Source: Octopus vulgaris
Taxonomy: Eukaryota
Reading direction: 5' to 3'
DNA length: 64,000 nt
Assembly: GCA_951406725.2 (NCBI GenBank)
Contig: OX597826.1
Coordinates: 57,722,001 to 57,786,000 of the forward strand
A program made the translations under genes and the position numbers. The notes beneath the pieces are model-generated. The model did not search any database and was not told the origin of the DNA. It saw nothing but the letters and a program-made list of their open reading frames with translations. Position 1 is the first letter of the stretch. Each line of letters starts with the position of its first letter. Positions 39,018 through 53,469 of this stretch are shown one piece after another.

Positions 39018-40167
39018 ATGTATTTCCACATGTTTTCATAGTTACTAGTTGATCAAGACTAAAGACAGTGTATATGTCTCTTGTAAACAATATTTTTTAT
39101 GTACTGAAAGATTTCATCACATGTGAAGACCAATGAAATAAATATAACTTTCTTAAAAAATGAAGATTAGCGACAGCAAGACCTTCTAGCAGTAGACTAC
39201 TGCCTAGAACAAGTCTCATCTAACCCATGCCTTAAAATCTAATGATGATGATGATGATGTGATGGCTAAAATAACAACAAATTAGATTGGCAGGAAATAG
39301 TGTGTACCTTCTCTGAGCAACTCAACTTACTCTCTTAGATATCATGACAAAAATATTAGCATTTAAGACTGGTATTCAACAAAGGAGTAACTACATCAGA
39401 TTTTTTCCTACATATACCAGCTTGAAAGTAAAATGAAATTAGTACAACAAAATAGATTCCCAAAAAGTTTATAAGGTCCTAAACATTCCACCCAGTACCC
39501 CACTGCTAACAAGGATCAAGACAACCTAACTATAATATAATTATTATTATCACCCTTGATTATCTTAATTGGTTTTCTGTTCCAAGTTCATGGTGATAAG
39601 AGTAAAATAGATGAATTAGAATTTAAGGTCTAGTTGTAATCCAATAGACATTTAATTGATAATATTGAGTAGCCAAAAGAAAGCAATTCCCAAAGCTGGT
39701 AAGATAAGGCTGGAAAGGGCTAAACACACAGCTGTTGTAGAACACACACATACTCACATTTCTATAATAAATAAATAAATAAAAGGGAAGTGTTAGAAGA
39801 TTAGCTCTCCTAAGTTAAGTCAATTTTCTTCAAAAGAAATAATGTATTTCAAATACTTTATTCAATAATAGTTTGAAGAGACAAGATTTTGAAGCATATC
39901 AATACGACAATACATAAAAATAAGTTGACTGATATGTATTATGGACAGTTTTATACTTTGCACAGATCTGGATAGTCCATTCAATTTACAGCCTAGTTAG
40001 ATGCATATAAGATAAAATGCAGAAAGGATTTTAAAGGGGGTGGACTTTAAAAAGAAAAGAAAAACCATAGTTTGAGAACTAAACTGTAATATTAATATTG
40101 ATGAAAGTAGAACTTTCAGATATCTAATAATTATTGGCAAAATATTTTAAACAATTATACACAGCCA

Positions 40168-40580
40168 CGCAGGAGTGGCTGTGTGGTAAGTAGCTTGCTT
40201 ACCAACCACATGGTTCCGGGTTCAGTCCCACTGCATGGCACCTTGGGCAAGTGTCTTCTACTATAGCCTCGGGCCGACCAAAGCCTTGTGAGTGGATTTG
40301 GTAGACGGAAACTGAAAGAAGCCCGTCGTATATATGTATATATATATATGTGTGCATGTATGTTTGTGTGTCTGTATTTGTCCCCCTAGCATTGCTTGAC
40401 AACCGATGCTGGCGTGTTTATGTCCCCGTCACTTAGCGGTTCGGCAAAAGAGACCGATAGAATAAGTACTGGGCTTACAAAGAATAAGTCCTGGGGGCGA
40501 GTTGCTCGATTAAAGGCGGTGCTCCAGCATGGCCGCAGTAAGATGACTGAAACAAGTAAAAGAGTAAAAGAGTGAAGAGT
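40168..40580 (+). mobile_element. SINE A, full length
   Basis: Matches the family consensus. Confidence 0.9.
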
Positions 40581-42862
40581 ATCTACTGAAACATTTCAAT
40601 GTGTTTTATACATCATTTTGTGTGAGGGTGGGTGTGAATGTGTGTGCGAGCGTATGTGTGTTATGTGTGTGTAATATTTAATTGAAACTAAAACTTTTCT
40701 ATTACAACAGAATTGAACATTTTTATTTAGGATATAGTAAATCTCTACAGCTTAAATGAATGAACAGAAAGAAACAAAACAGAATTATAGCAGTGAAGTT
40801 TCTTCTTTATTTGAATATTAAGTTACTTCAGTCCTTGTATTTAATACATTTTTTTTTTCATATATTAGCCACCAACAGGTTTTCACTCCTTATATAAAAT
40901 AATATTACATGTGTCCCTGTAGTCAGAGACACAATAAAATACAGAAGCATGTGGTTGGGAAGTAAGCTTCTTACCACACAGCCACTCCTTTATATTATCA
41001 AAGAATATTACCAACAACCAAATACAATTTTTTTTATTCGTAGCACTCATCGCAAAAAATTTTCTTTGTGTTTTCTATAAAAATATATAAATATCAAAAC
41101 CTACTCATTTATTTTTTATTTATAAAGTATAAGGGCAATTTTCAGAGGAGAAGGGGTTAAGTAGAATGAATCAACTTCAATATTTTACTAGTGTTTTGTT
41201 GTTTTGACTGAGTGATTGAGAGGTGTAAAAATCTAATCTTAACTGTAACAGATTTTTATACTAATAACTAATCAATTTGGAAATGCGAAGCTTGAGTAGA
41301 CAGTAAAAAAAGAAGAAAATAATTGAATGAACAATGTCAAGGAGTTATACAAAGATTTTGAACCAGAGATCTTGCAGTGAACATCTGGCACATTATACTC
41401 AGTAATTTTATCACAAGATACAAATGTATCTCCTCTTTTAGGAATAAATTTCATGAACTGGAAAGGACACATGTATCCTTCAAGACAAGTCGTGTCATAT
41501 GACATCAGTAGCTTGCCCCATCTTAGCTTATTATTGGTTGTAATAGTTCCATCTCATTACTAGATACTGGACAATTAAGTGAAATTGATTCTACAATGGA
41601 TCTTAGAATTGAACTCATTTTGTTTCCTTTGTAATTGAATGGCAGACTAGTTTTCCATGTTGATCTCTTTAATTAAATTATCATCTTTAAAAGCAATTTT
41701 CCTCAGTTCAGTAAAGGCAAATTAATGCAGATGAAATAGAGAAGATAATGCATTTACATTTTCAGTCTGACCTCTGTGGTCTCAATTGAATTGGGATGTT
41801 AGCATGATTGGTGTGGCATCATATTGCACTGTATTCAATTCTAGCTCTCAAATGTGATTTCATTCTATTGAAAAGACTATTTGTAGTAAAATTTAGCAAG
41901 AAATACTAAACTTTCAAACAGAAATACAAGTAAATTATTTTACATTATATAGATATATATATATATACATATATGTATATATTTTAAGTTGATAACACAG
42001 CACAGTAGAAATGAGTTTGCACCTGTAAATGTTTCAAAAAGAAAAAAAAAAACACACTAACTTTGTTATTGTAAGTGAAACTTATTAAAATGAAAAGTGT
42101 TGAGAAGTGGATAAAAAAATAATGATAGGTGATACAAAGAAAATAAATTGGAGAGTTGAATTCAAACCATACAAGAGATAAAAAAATAATGTAATATTAG
42201 TATTACTACATCAGATTACATCTTTAACTTTTCATGAAATTCACATTTTTAGACTCGTATCTTGTTCTACTAATATCTCATCCATACATTCATGTAGGAT
42301 GATTACCATAGCATTAAACATGAAGTTGTCTGAGCGGTTTTTTTGCCAGTGCATCAGAAGCTCTGGACTTTCTCAGTTATCTATTTTGTTCAGCTTCTTT
42401 GCCTTGTTCAAACTTTATGATGCTTTTCTTTATGAGACTATGTAGATTTCAGAAGCAGTGTTCTTCTACAGCTCTGGATTGAGGCTGAAGTAATTTAGAA
42501 AGACCTTCAGAGGGCTCGTCACATTATGTAGTTTGTTATCCAGTCTGCTAATGGGATCAAGGCAGTGCAGATGGCACAGGAGAATATGAATGTGATATAA
42601 TACAATGTAATTGAAGAACTCAATGTCACAGGCCTTGTATTGCAGCACATATTGCAGACAGTTTGGAAAAATCTGTTTAGCTTTGGGATGCTTGCTGTAA
42701 ACAGTCTATCAATATATCTATGTAGAGAATGTCTGAAAATCATCTCTTTATATTACAAAGATCCTATTACCCTGAGATTTATTTGTAGTTGAGAAAACAA
42801 AACCAACTGGCTCATCAATGAAATATGTATCTAAAATGACAGGTGTAATATGTATATCTGCA

Positions 42863-43080
42863 AAGGTGGTGAGCTGGCAAAATTGTTTCCACCATGCTGG
42901 GCAAAATGCTTAGTGGCGGTTTATCTGTTTTTATGTTTTGAGTTCAAATTCTGCCAAGGTTAACTTGCTTTTGTCTGCACAGGGCTGATAAAATAAGTAC
43001 CAGTTGAACATTGGGTTAATGTAACTGACTTTATCCCTCCCCTCAAATTGCTGGCCTTGTGCCAGAATTTGAAATCAATA
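42863..43080 (+). mobile_element. SINE B older subfamily
   Basis: GGTGGTGAGCTGGCAAAA...GAGTTCAAATTCTGCC...AAGTACCAGTTGA...AATTTGAAATC. Confidence 0.75.
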
Positions 43081-43900
43081 TGTATACCTACATATCTTTG
43101 CATGTAGTCAATGGCAAGTACAAAGAAGGAATGATAATGTTCACAAAACAATGATGAAACCACTAAGTTTGTTTAGTTACAAGACACTCAAGATGAGAAA
43201 CTGTAATCTTGAAATTACTAAATCACATGTTGTACTAAAAATTCGGATTCTCAGTGCTATAGTAACACCACCTTCCCCTGACACATGAAAACGCAATTGG
43301 ACAATTAGAAGAAAAAAAAAGAAAAAATGAACATTTTATTTCCTAAATCGATTACTTAAAAATAAAAATTACCAGCTAATAATTTTGTGATAATTTGCTA
43401 AAACATAGTGTGTGTGTGTGCGTGTGCGCGTGTGTGTGTGTGTGTTTAGGTGTTTATATGTGGGTGTGTCAAATAATAACAGCTTTTTGCTGTTTTTTTT
43501 CTTCTTGTTTTGTTTTTCTTAAGTTAGAATTATTTAAAAACAACAATCACCAACAATCTGGAAAATATTACTTCAAACAAACACTAAAATATAATTTAGA
43601 AAATTAACATGGCTTGGAAATAATTATAGTTGGGAAAGAGGCTGGAATTTTGAACATCATTTTTATATGCATGTGAGTGTCTCATTAGAAGAGGTAAAAC
43701 AGCACTTCTCTCATTTTCTAGTCTTCAACCATCCAAAATATTAGCTTCTGCTAAACCAACAAACAAACAAAAATAATGTTTAAATGGGTTTTACAACATT
43801 TCAAAATTTAAAGTTTTGTTATTTTTATTTACTTATTATAATTGTTGTCATCATCATCATCATCATCATCGTCATCATCATTGCAATTATTGTAATTATT

Positions 43901-44373
43901 AGGATGATAAATTAGCAGATTCGTTAGTACATCAGACAAAATGGGTTGCAGTATTTCTTCTACCTTATTTACACTTTGGGTTCAGATACTGTCAGAGTCA
44001 ACCCTGTGTTTTATTCTTACAAGGTCGATGAAATAAAGTACCAGTTAAGTATTAAAGTTGATGTAATCAACATACGACCCCCTCTGACAAATTGCTGGCT
44101 TTGTGCCAAAATTTGAAACCCTTATTAATATCATTATTATTTGAAATATGATAATCATAGGGATGGAGGACCAGCAGAATCATTAGTTCATCAGATAAAA
44201 TGTCTTACGGTATTTCTTCTAGCTCTTTATAATTTAAGTTCAAATTTTCACCAAGGTCAACTTTGCCTTTTATTCCCCTGGGGCCAATAAAGTACCAGTC
44301 TAATACTGAGGTTGATGATATTGATTAATCCTCTATGCTCAAAGATGCTAGCCTTGTACCTAAATTAGAAAAC
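43901..44373 (+). mobile_element. Two tandem old SINE B copies (43901-44120, 44160-44373)
   Basis: Each has a GCAGA..CRTTAG..CATCAGA head, an AAAGTACCAG core and a TG..AAAATT.GAAA tail. Confidence 0.65.
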
Positions 44374-44483
44374 AGCTATTATTATTCATTTTTTTCTTTA
44401 TTTTTGGTGGGGGAAATGAAAAAAAAAAATAAAGTAGAAAGTGGGGAAATAAAATAAATGAAATAAATAAATGAATAAGAAAA

Positions 44484-44518
<35 letters not shown>

Positions 44519-46614
44519 AAGTCATTTCTCTCTCCCCACTCACTGCAAAATAAAATGAAATTCTTTCTGGAAAGAGATGAGTTAAAATGTTAAAATGTTA
44601 AGAGAAATGTGGCAATAGATGAGAATGTAAAAAGAAAGGAGGTGACACTAGCAATGGCAATGGATGATGGTTGTGGAAAGATGATGTGTGGAATAAAGAA
44701 GACTAAATGAAAAATTTTCTAATGGAGGAAGAATAAGTTTCAAAATATAACAAAACAAACATGGCAATTGTTTGCGATAATATGCAGTTGAAGCGATACT
44801 GTATTTGTTGAGAAAATCGACCCAACCAAGCTGAAGACAATCATTGCCGATTTCAATAAACCAACTACTGCACACATGCTCACACACACACAACACAACG
44901 CACTCACACACACACACTTTCCTCACCACCCCTTAAGAAATATTTGAAATCTTCATTTTTAATTTCAAAATTTGAATAAGATGTATATATACATACACAC
45001 ACACACACACACGAATACACACACACATGCATGAAATCCTATTATTATTATTATGACATTTTCTTTAATGTTTTTTGTGTTTACAATTTTTCTTATCGCC
45101 TTTCCACTAGTTTATAACAATTTATTGCCTAAAGATTCAAACTGAAGAATTTCATGATTAAATGAGGAAAAACAAAGTTCAAGAGGCTTTGATCTATTGT
45201 CACAATTAAACTTAGAATTTCTCAATATAAAGTGGCAAGTTGCTTCATTAGAGAATGTCTTTAAAATTTTTCGAGATATCTATCATCATCACTGCTATCT
45301 TTCTAAGTATTTATTTTTATTATTATTGTCATCATCATCATGATCATCTTCATCGCCGTCGTCATCATCACCACCATCATTATTATTATTAGTAGTAGTA
45401 GTAGCATTTCCAAACATTCAATTCAATTCCTATTAAAAATTAATATTTCAAATTCATCTCCTTTATACTGGAGAGCTCATCAGACAATGAAGCAATTTAT
45501 ATTAACTCTACTCCCCTAACGATCTCAGCTATCCCTCCCCATCCCCAATCTTATTCTGCCCTCAGTGCCTTCTTTGTTACAGAAGATTCAATATCATGTG
45601 CCCGAAAAGACAATTCATCTTCAACTAATTGTTCTGTAGAAATGAACGTTAAGCTCATACTTAGATGAAACATTACAATGTCACCATAAAGAAAACTTAT
45701 TAAAAATTTAAATTACAAGAAAAAAAGTCTGCAAAATATATTCAGAAACCAGGGTATATTTGAAAAACTAGACAACTTAAAATCAGTATTAAGATTTAAG
45801 TAGGATGGGTGATTTGGCATAATTAGTAAAGCGCCAGACTTAAATTCTTTATAGTTTCTGTTTTGGAATCAACAAAATATTCATATTACCCTACGGTAAA
45901 GAGTTAGAATTGATCAGAATTGAATAGAAGGAAGCCCTTTGCTACATGGGTAGGAATTAGAATAAAAGAGCACTACAGATTTTGCTAAAATTTTAATTAA
46001 TTTTTCTCCATTTGAATCCATTGAAATAACTGAATATTTCAAGTACAACCATCACTTTCAGTTAGATACAGTTGTGTAAAAGAACAAAATATTAAATCTT
46101 GTCATCATCATCGTCATCATTGTCACCATCATCAATGTCATTGTTATCATCATTATCATCATCATCATCATCACTTATTTCTCTGCAAACACAGTATGTG
46201 CAGATCTACAGAATAAGCATCATTTTGTTCCTCCTTGCAGTTCATTTCTGCCAAAATGTTTCAAGTGTATCATATTCTAAGTTATTTAAGAAAGGAGACT
46301 TACAGCTGGCCAGTACAATAAGAATTATATAAATTATTTGTATTCCTATTCTAGATTCTTTGTCAAAATGCACAATTTACAAATGGTCCATTGCAACTAT
46401 TTATAAATGCATACAATGAAAAGCAAATTTCATTGCTGAAAGTAATAAGAGCAATGTATAGATGAGATTTTCTTTATTTTAATATCTTGGTCTCTAATCA
46501 TTCTTTGAGTATATCTTCAGTAGGGTCAGAGGACTGAATTAGCATAGAAAAACTATTTCAAATTTAATTTTTCAAATGGAGTTCTGTAGCTCAATAGGTT
46601 CCAAAACACACCTT

Positions 46615-46942
46615 AACTGGCAATCCGTCCGTTACGACGACGAGGGTTCCAGTTGATCTGATCAATGGAACAGCCAGCTCATAAAATTAATGTGAAAGTG
46701 GCTGAGTACTCCACAGCCACATGCATCCTTAACATAGTTCTCAGGGAGATTCAGCATGACACAGAATGTGACAAGGCTGGTCCTTTTAATTACAGGTACT
46801 ACTCAGTTTTGCCAGCAGATTTGACTGGAGCAACGTGAAATAAAGTGACTTGCTCAAGGACACAACACACTGCCAGTAATCAAACTCATGACCCTATGAT
46901 TGTGAGCCAAATACCCCTAACCATTAAGCCACATGCCTTCAC
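46615..46942 (-). mobile_element. tRNA-derived CORE-like SINE E
   Basis: Minus strand GTGAAGGCATGTGGCTTAATGGTTAGG (A box)...GAGTTTGATTAC (B-box-like)...TGTGTCCTTGAGCAAGTCACTTT (CORE-like). Confidence 0.8.
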
Positions 46943-47172
46943 ATCTAAGAGTGTCAGTAAAGCATAGCATTAAGATTTGGTAATGTTTATAGTGATATGT
47001 GCTGTTATTTTATATTGTACATAACACTATTACTTTATAAATAAAAGAAAGTGGTATGAATCAAGAAATGTTAAAAAAAAAGCTATATATGGTTATGTTT
47101 AGATGAGACAATTCTTTATTATTGTTATATATTTCCTATACTCCAACAAAGAAAGCTACTTTCATTCTTTAA

Positions 47173-47393
47173 CCCTTTCGTTATCAACCCGGCTGAAACC
47201 AGCTCTAGCTCTTTAGTACAAATGTCTTGTTTTCATAAGTTTTGAACTAAAATTTTCCACCAAACCTTAGTCACAATTTATGTTCCTAACATTAGCTTAA
47301 TGATAACTAAGTTATTTTACTAAATTCTTTGTTATATTTAAAGTAATTGAAAGAAACACAGAGCATCTCAAAATAAATACAGTAACAAAAGGG
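47173..47393. mobile_element. piggyBac-type MITE, 221 bp
   Basis: TTAA|CCCTTTCGTTA ... TAACAAAAGGG|TTAA (TIRs plus TTAA TSD). Confidence 0.9.
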
Positions 47394-47729
47394 TTAATTC
47401 TTAATTGGAGAGCAGTAACAAATGTTATAGATAAGAATGTGGCATAATCCAAAAGGTAGTAGTAGTAGTAGTAGTTTCTTTATTATTACCTGAAAGGCAA
47501 TGAATGATGGGACATTGCAAGGACAATTTACAAATTGTGTGAAATATAGGACTGAAGTCGTGGGTACAGGGGTTAAAGATTTAAGTATGTTAGGAATTGG
47601 TGCGGTCAGAAGCAGTTTAACTAGTCTAGGTCTTCAAAACACAAACCAAGTTGGTATACTTTAGATACAATTTGTTTTTTGACAACTATCTGCAAAATTT
47701 CTTAAGGAAGATAGCATCAACAAATTGTA

Positions 47730-49130
47730 TGGAAAGCGGATATGAAGTTAAAAACAGAATTTTAAGCCAGAGAGAGAAGAAAATTTTTCATTTACTGTGA
47801 AGTGGGGGTAAATCTTATATATTATCTGCCATGTGTGTGACTGTGTCACGCAGTTATCACAAGCTGAATTGAAATACGACAATATGATTATCCACTTAAA
47901 TTCAGAATTAAGGAGAAAACACTTGTTATCATGAGCACTAAATTACCAACAGATATTGTTGACAATGTTCAGTAAGTAACTAACTTTATCGTATCTTGAA
48001 ATATTGTGCATGCTAAACACCCACATTCTGATGGTGAAGTTCCTAAGGGAAATACAGCTGAAATTGTTGTAGTGTTAAATACAAAATAAACAAACAGGCT
48101 CACACAACACTAGAGAGAAGTATATCTCCAACATCAGTGCTGATGTTGCAAGCAAAATGTAAAATGATTTAAAGATCATGTATGGCAAAAAATGAAGCAC
48201 TTAAAAATGGTGTGGGAAAATGCAAGATTGGTTGCACTTTCGGAAAAAATTATCTACGCTTTGCAGAGTTTCTCCCTGCCCATTTCTGAACACTTGGTAA
48301 CTGGATACTTCAATTATGAAATCTGTCCTTGAAATTGTCAATTTCATACACGATAAGATACAACAACTTTATTGAAGGACTGGAGTTTGAGGATTAATAT
48401 AGTTATGTCTCATTGTAAGATGGCTGTCAATGGTAGATTTCTTGTAGCAGATTATTGCTTTTCATTAAAAAAATGAAAAAGATCCTATCATCTGAAAAAT
48501 AGGGAATAGATGCAATATTTGACATTCTTTACTGATAAAATTAATTACCTATGGATCCTCAGTTTGGCACTCCAGGAGAAGGGGAAAATAGTTTCTAATC
48601 TTACTCCTGCAATTGTTAAACATCTCCAGTCACATTTCCCTACCATCTTAGTAAAAGTGTAAATATATTCCCCGATACTAAAATAAATGGCCACAAACAG
48701 GAAGAGTACTAAGATGAATTACAAGAATTACTTCATAATTTTCTATCCAGGTTTGATGACTTACAGAAGCTGAAGCCTTGATTTGCTCTTTTTGTAAATC
48801 CATTCATGGTTGCTATAGTCCAGTTCTTGCATCTCTGGTTACCAAATCATCTGCTGCGCAAATAGAACAAGTGAAACTACAGAAAGCTCTGGATTTAAAG
48901 ACAATCTGTACATTCCAGCCTGAGCTTCGGAAAACTAGTGTGCAACCCAGCTTTTAGCACAACATACTGCTGTGAATTACTTGCACCCTGTAATGAAGTT
49001 TTTGAAGTCAAAACACCATGCAACCCTTAAAAAAAAACATCAGCAAAAGATCACTTGCACAACTTTAACAACATACTGACCAGATTTTAAATGACTTACA
49101 ACTAAGGAGACCCACAAGATCTCAACTAGC
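47730..49130 (+). pseudogene. Decayed hAT transposase (SPIN/Buster, GTF2IRD2/EPM2AIP1-like); element may extend ~47625-49640
   Basis: Collinear degenerate peptides YEVKNR..KPEREENFSFTVK; NIVHAKHPHSDGE; MKSVLEIVNFI; VRWLS; SRFDDLQKLKP*FALFVNPF; FSTTYCCE..MKFLKSK (hAT dimerisation domain). Subterminal TGTGGCTCTC near 49596. Confidence 0.85.
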
Positions 49131-49637
49131 AGTAAATAGTGGCTTTAATGACCTGATAATTATAGCATAGTCTGTATGCCAAAATAATTTAAGATTTTGA
49201 AGGTAATATCTTATCAAAATATCTTATATTTTATTGATTAGATATTTATTAAAATAGATAATATTTAAAAGACTGTTTTTTCTTGCTTTTAAATTTGCTT
49301 TTGGCAGTTTAAATTTTATATTACAGAAATACAAATTTTCATATGTTTTTTAAAATGTTTCTGAAGTCCATTACTATATTAAATACACTCAATACAGCTG
49401 AAAAAATTATTTGTCAAGATTTTGAAAATATTTGATATATGTGTGTGAGATTGTACGAACTAATACAAAATAGCTGTTTAAAAACTACATACACGAATAA
49501 ATATTATTGAATACATGTATATTTTAATATTTATATGAAAAATTTTTCTATGTGTAAGCAACAATAAAAAAAATGTTAAAATTTTTTTCCTGTTTTGTGG
49601 CTCTCAAACACCTGAAATCTAACATATGCAACTCTTA

Positions 49638-49675
<38 letters not shown>

Positions 49676-51330
49676 ATGCGCATGCATCTGTGTGAGTGTG
49701 CTTGCATCTGTGTGTGCATGTGCGTATGTGTAATATGACTTTAACAGTTATGCATTTATGTACACAAACAATACAGTTACTTGAGAAATATTTTCCTTGA
49801 TTCAATCATAAATTTATGTATTTCTAAGGCATGAGGATGCGAGTTATTGTTGTAAATAAATCAAGTCATTTACCCACAATTACAAGAAACAGTATGGTTT
49901 CAGTTTGCTAGCATACGTGGGAGCATTGCTATATACAATTATATATACTGGACTAAGATCTATATTAGAAATCTAACAAACAGAGGATAGTATGAATTTT
50001 GGATGATGGCTTCCAGTTCAGTGAACAAACAAAACGGTTGTTAAAAAAGAAACTGATGAAAAATACCAAGTTCAGGACTTTGGGCGAGAAGAAAAAAAGA
50101 AAGAAAGGTCATGAGAAATATCCAAATAATTTATTTTTGACTTGAGAAATAAACAAACAATTGAGAAAAAGAAGAAAAAAAAAATATGGAGAAAAAGTGA
50201 TGATAAAAGAACAACTACAGAGAAAAGGAAAACAACGAAGGAAAATGAAGAGAATGAGACAAAGATGAAGATGAAGAGGATAACTGAAATGTAAAGCATA
50301 AAAAAATAAAGGAAGGTAGTAAAAAAAACAAAAGTTGTTAACAATCTGAAATCAACTGTTGTAAATCTTTCTAGTGACCTTTTCCAACTGATTTAGGGAA
50401 ACACTCTAAAGCAAGGGGTAAAATATCGGATGACAGCTAAACTTTGGGGAATTAGAGATGAAGGTAGAATTCCAAGTCTCTGATTATTACTTAGACTGAT
50501 ATTAGAACCAAACAAACCAATCTATGTTCTTGACATTTTCTCAGAATCTATTAGCTAAAACATCACACAGTTGAATAAAAGCAATATTTTAACTACAAGA
50601 GTTTCCACAGGATATCATGAAGACTTATTTTTCACTGATAATAAAAGCCATATCTTATATATGCCGCAGCAACTTATGCAGGATTTCAGCCATAACACTT
50701 TTGCATTGAAACCAGATAAAACCAGCTGCTATAAATGCAGCAATGTTTATTCAAAATGAATATATTCAGCTATTTTGTTGTTACATTATATGGCACAAGA
50801 AAAAAAAATCAAATTTTTTTTTGTTGTTGTTACATTTTTTTTTTTTTTTACTCTGATGATGATGTTCTGAGAATACATCACCATTTCTGAAACCATTAGT
50901 ATTGAAATACTAATGGGTTAATAGCATATAAAACTGAGAGAAATTTGATTAATTTATCACATCACTTGCATATAGACTGAGTTTAATAGCATCTTCTTAT
51001 ACTTTCGAGATGATAAGAAAAAGGAAGAAAAATTAGTATTTTATCAGGTTTATGGTTTTCGTCCTATACATAAACATGCAACACACAAAAATTCCTCACC
51101 ATCTAATATTTAAAATAACTTCATGTTACATGCCCTGTTTTAGAACATATATATTTTAATTACAGTTTTGTAATTGGTGTTTATGAGCATCACCTAGTTC
51201 ATCACATTATGACTGTATAGTATCAAATAACAGTGTCAACTTCACTTCTAATGGTCAAATTGTTAAAGTGCGGTACTTTGTCAATTTAATAAATTCAAAG
51301 GGAAACCACTTATTCATTTTTGTCTTTTAG

Positions 51331-51334
<4 letters not shown>

Positions 51335-51404
<70 letters not shown>

Positions 51405-51782
51405 AATAATAATTATAATCATGAAATGATTATATACAGTGCTCAGGTGCACTACAACTTGTCAAAAGTGCGTATAAAGCATATGCAGTAATGTACAAAT
51501 GTCTGAAAAGTGAACAGTGTATGAGTCAGATACATGCTTGCGTGTGTATGGAGGGGAGAAAATCAGGTATAGTGTTGGCAAATCTCAGGAAGCAAGGAAG
51601 TTTTGAAGGATGCCGCGCTTCAACAACTAATAACTGATGCTGGCAGTTTGTTCCATACTTCAGCAACTCTTAGTGTGAAAAAATGTTTCCGAAAGTCATT
51701 GGAGCTGTACTGTTTTCTGACTTTGTAAACATGTCCATGGGTGTTAGACAGGTAGAATTTGAAAAGGTGCTCAGAGTTATTG
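51335..51782 (-). mobile_element. CR1-type LINE 3' end with (ATT)n tail
   Basis: Minus-strand NTHGHVYKVRKQYSSNDFRKHFFTLRVAEVWNKLPASVISC*SAASFK..., then 3' UTR and (AAT)n at 51335-51418. Confidence 0.85.
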
Positions 51783-53148
51783 TTTGCTGTGGTGCACCTC
51801 TAACCAGAAACATTTCTTTATTCTATATATTATACTTTGGTGAAAACATTTTGTTTTTGTTTTTACAAGATAATTAGAAGAGAAGAAGAGCTTTCAAGAC
51901 TGGAGAGATTGAGGCAGATATGTTTATCTTGAACATCTATAGGAAAAACAAAGAAGGTGAGAATTTCAGAAGATTACATTTCTGGGGAAGAAGGCTTGGT
52001 CTAAGTGCTTAATGCAGGAACTGGGAGGCAAGACACTGCAAGGGTGACAAAAAAGCTAGTGTATGAGGAACAAGTGGGCCTGAGAAGAGAGATTATACAG
52101 CAGGCTAGTTCAGAAGAACATTCTATGAAGATCAGGTCACTGATCACCATGATTTCCTTGTGTTTATATGAGTCAAGATGACTACAGATCAACATTGGCT
52201 AGTTTTACTATAAAAAGTCTTGAAAATATCTAAATTAAAAATAAATAAAATAAATAAAATCAAACAAACTAAAAAATTTTAACTTTAATTATAAACTGTC
52301 ATTTGATAATTTTAGATGATTTCATGAAAAATTAGTTATTAGTCTCTTAACGAACATGCAGGTTTTCACCAAATGTCAGATGAGAAGTAACTGGAAATAA
52401 AGGTTGCCAGTTTAATATTTTTTTCTAAGGAAATGGATAATTCAATGTCTTAACATAGCATATCATGACATTCCATAAATGTTAGTCAGTTTTAATAAAA
52501 TTAGATTTGATAGGTGAATTAAAATATAAATAAATATGCAGAGGGGAGAGGATAATTCCTAATTACAGAAAATATTCTAAATTCCAGTTAATATTGGCAG
52601 ATTATTTATGTTTAGTTTATTTAGTTTTTTGTTTTTAATTGTTACTTTTTAGTTAAACCTTTGTTTTTTAGCTGTCATTATTTTCCATAATCTGTCAATG
52701 AATTTTAAAGTATTTAACAAGGATAACCAACGAATGAATGAGAAACTGATGAACTGTTATAAACTGGTAGTGATATTGCTGTTATTAAGTGATGACTTGT
52801 GGCAGTACTGCAGTAATGACTCATGGGGATATTATTGTAGTCACTGTTGATGGCTAGTGATGATACTGTTATCATTATGGATGGCTTGGAGTGATATTAT
52901 TGATATTATAGTTATGGCTGGAGGTGATATTGTAATTATTTCTTTTTTTAATGTCTTAATGAAAAGAGGAAGGCCACTAATTATGACCTTTTTTCAGGGG
53001 TTCTCCAAAACTAGCAGGAAAAAATTTGTTTCTGGAGATATTTGTTTTGCTTCTAGCACTGTAGCTTTACAGCCTAGAATTGCACACACATTATCTGGCT
53101 GATACCTATTGTGTGTGTGTGCATGCATATGTGTGTGTGTGTGTGTAT

Positions 53149-53420
53149 ATGCTTTAGACAGAAATAACTACAGGGGTATAAAACTGCTGGATCAGGTGAT
53201 GAAGGTAACAGAGAGAATCATAGCCCAACTAATTAGGGAGAGAGTCTGCTTAGATGAGATGCAATTCTGTTTTGTGCCAGGCAGAAGACCACTGATGCTA
53301 TATTCCTGGTATGGCAACTGCAGGAGAAATACCTAGCCAAAGACAAACTCCTATAATTGGCTTTTGTGGACATTGACAGGGTCCCCCTTATCTGGTGGGT
53401 GATGCAGAAACTAGGGACAA
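53149..53420 (+). mobile_element. RTE LINE RT-domain fragment
   Basis: ALDRNNYRGIKLLDQVMKVTERIIAQLIRERVCLDEMQFCFVPGR/TTDAIFLVWQLQEKYLAK. Confidence 0.9.
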
Positions 53421-53469
53421 CAGAGTCACATAACCAGCCCACTTAAAAAAAGTATTTTTGGATCGTCGG

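Noticed and set aside
41270-42830. Coding-like composition with 60-77 aa ORFs (also 16100-17340 and 51860-52200)
   Set aside because: Probably old TE debris, but I found no motif I could assign confidently.
43288-43307. Fragments reminiscent of miR-219 (AAACGCAATT / GGACAAT)
   Set aside because: Too short, wrongly arranged and without a precursor hairpin.
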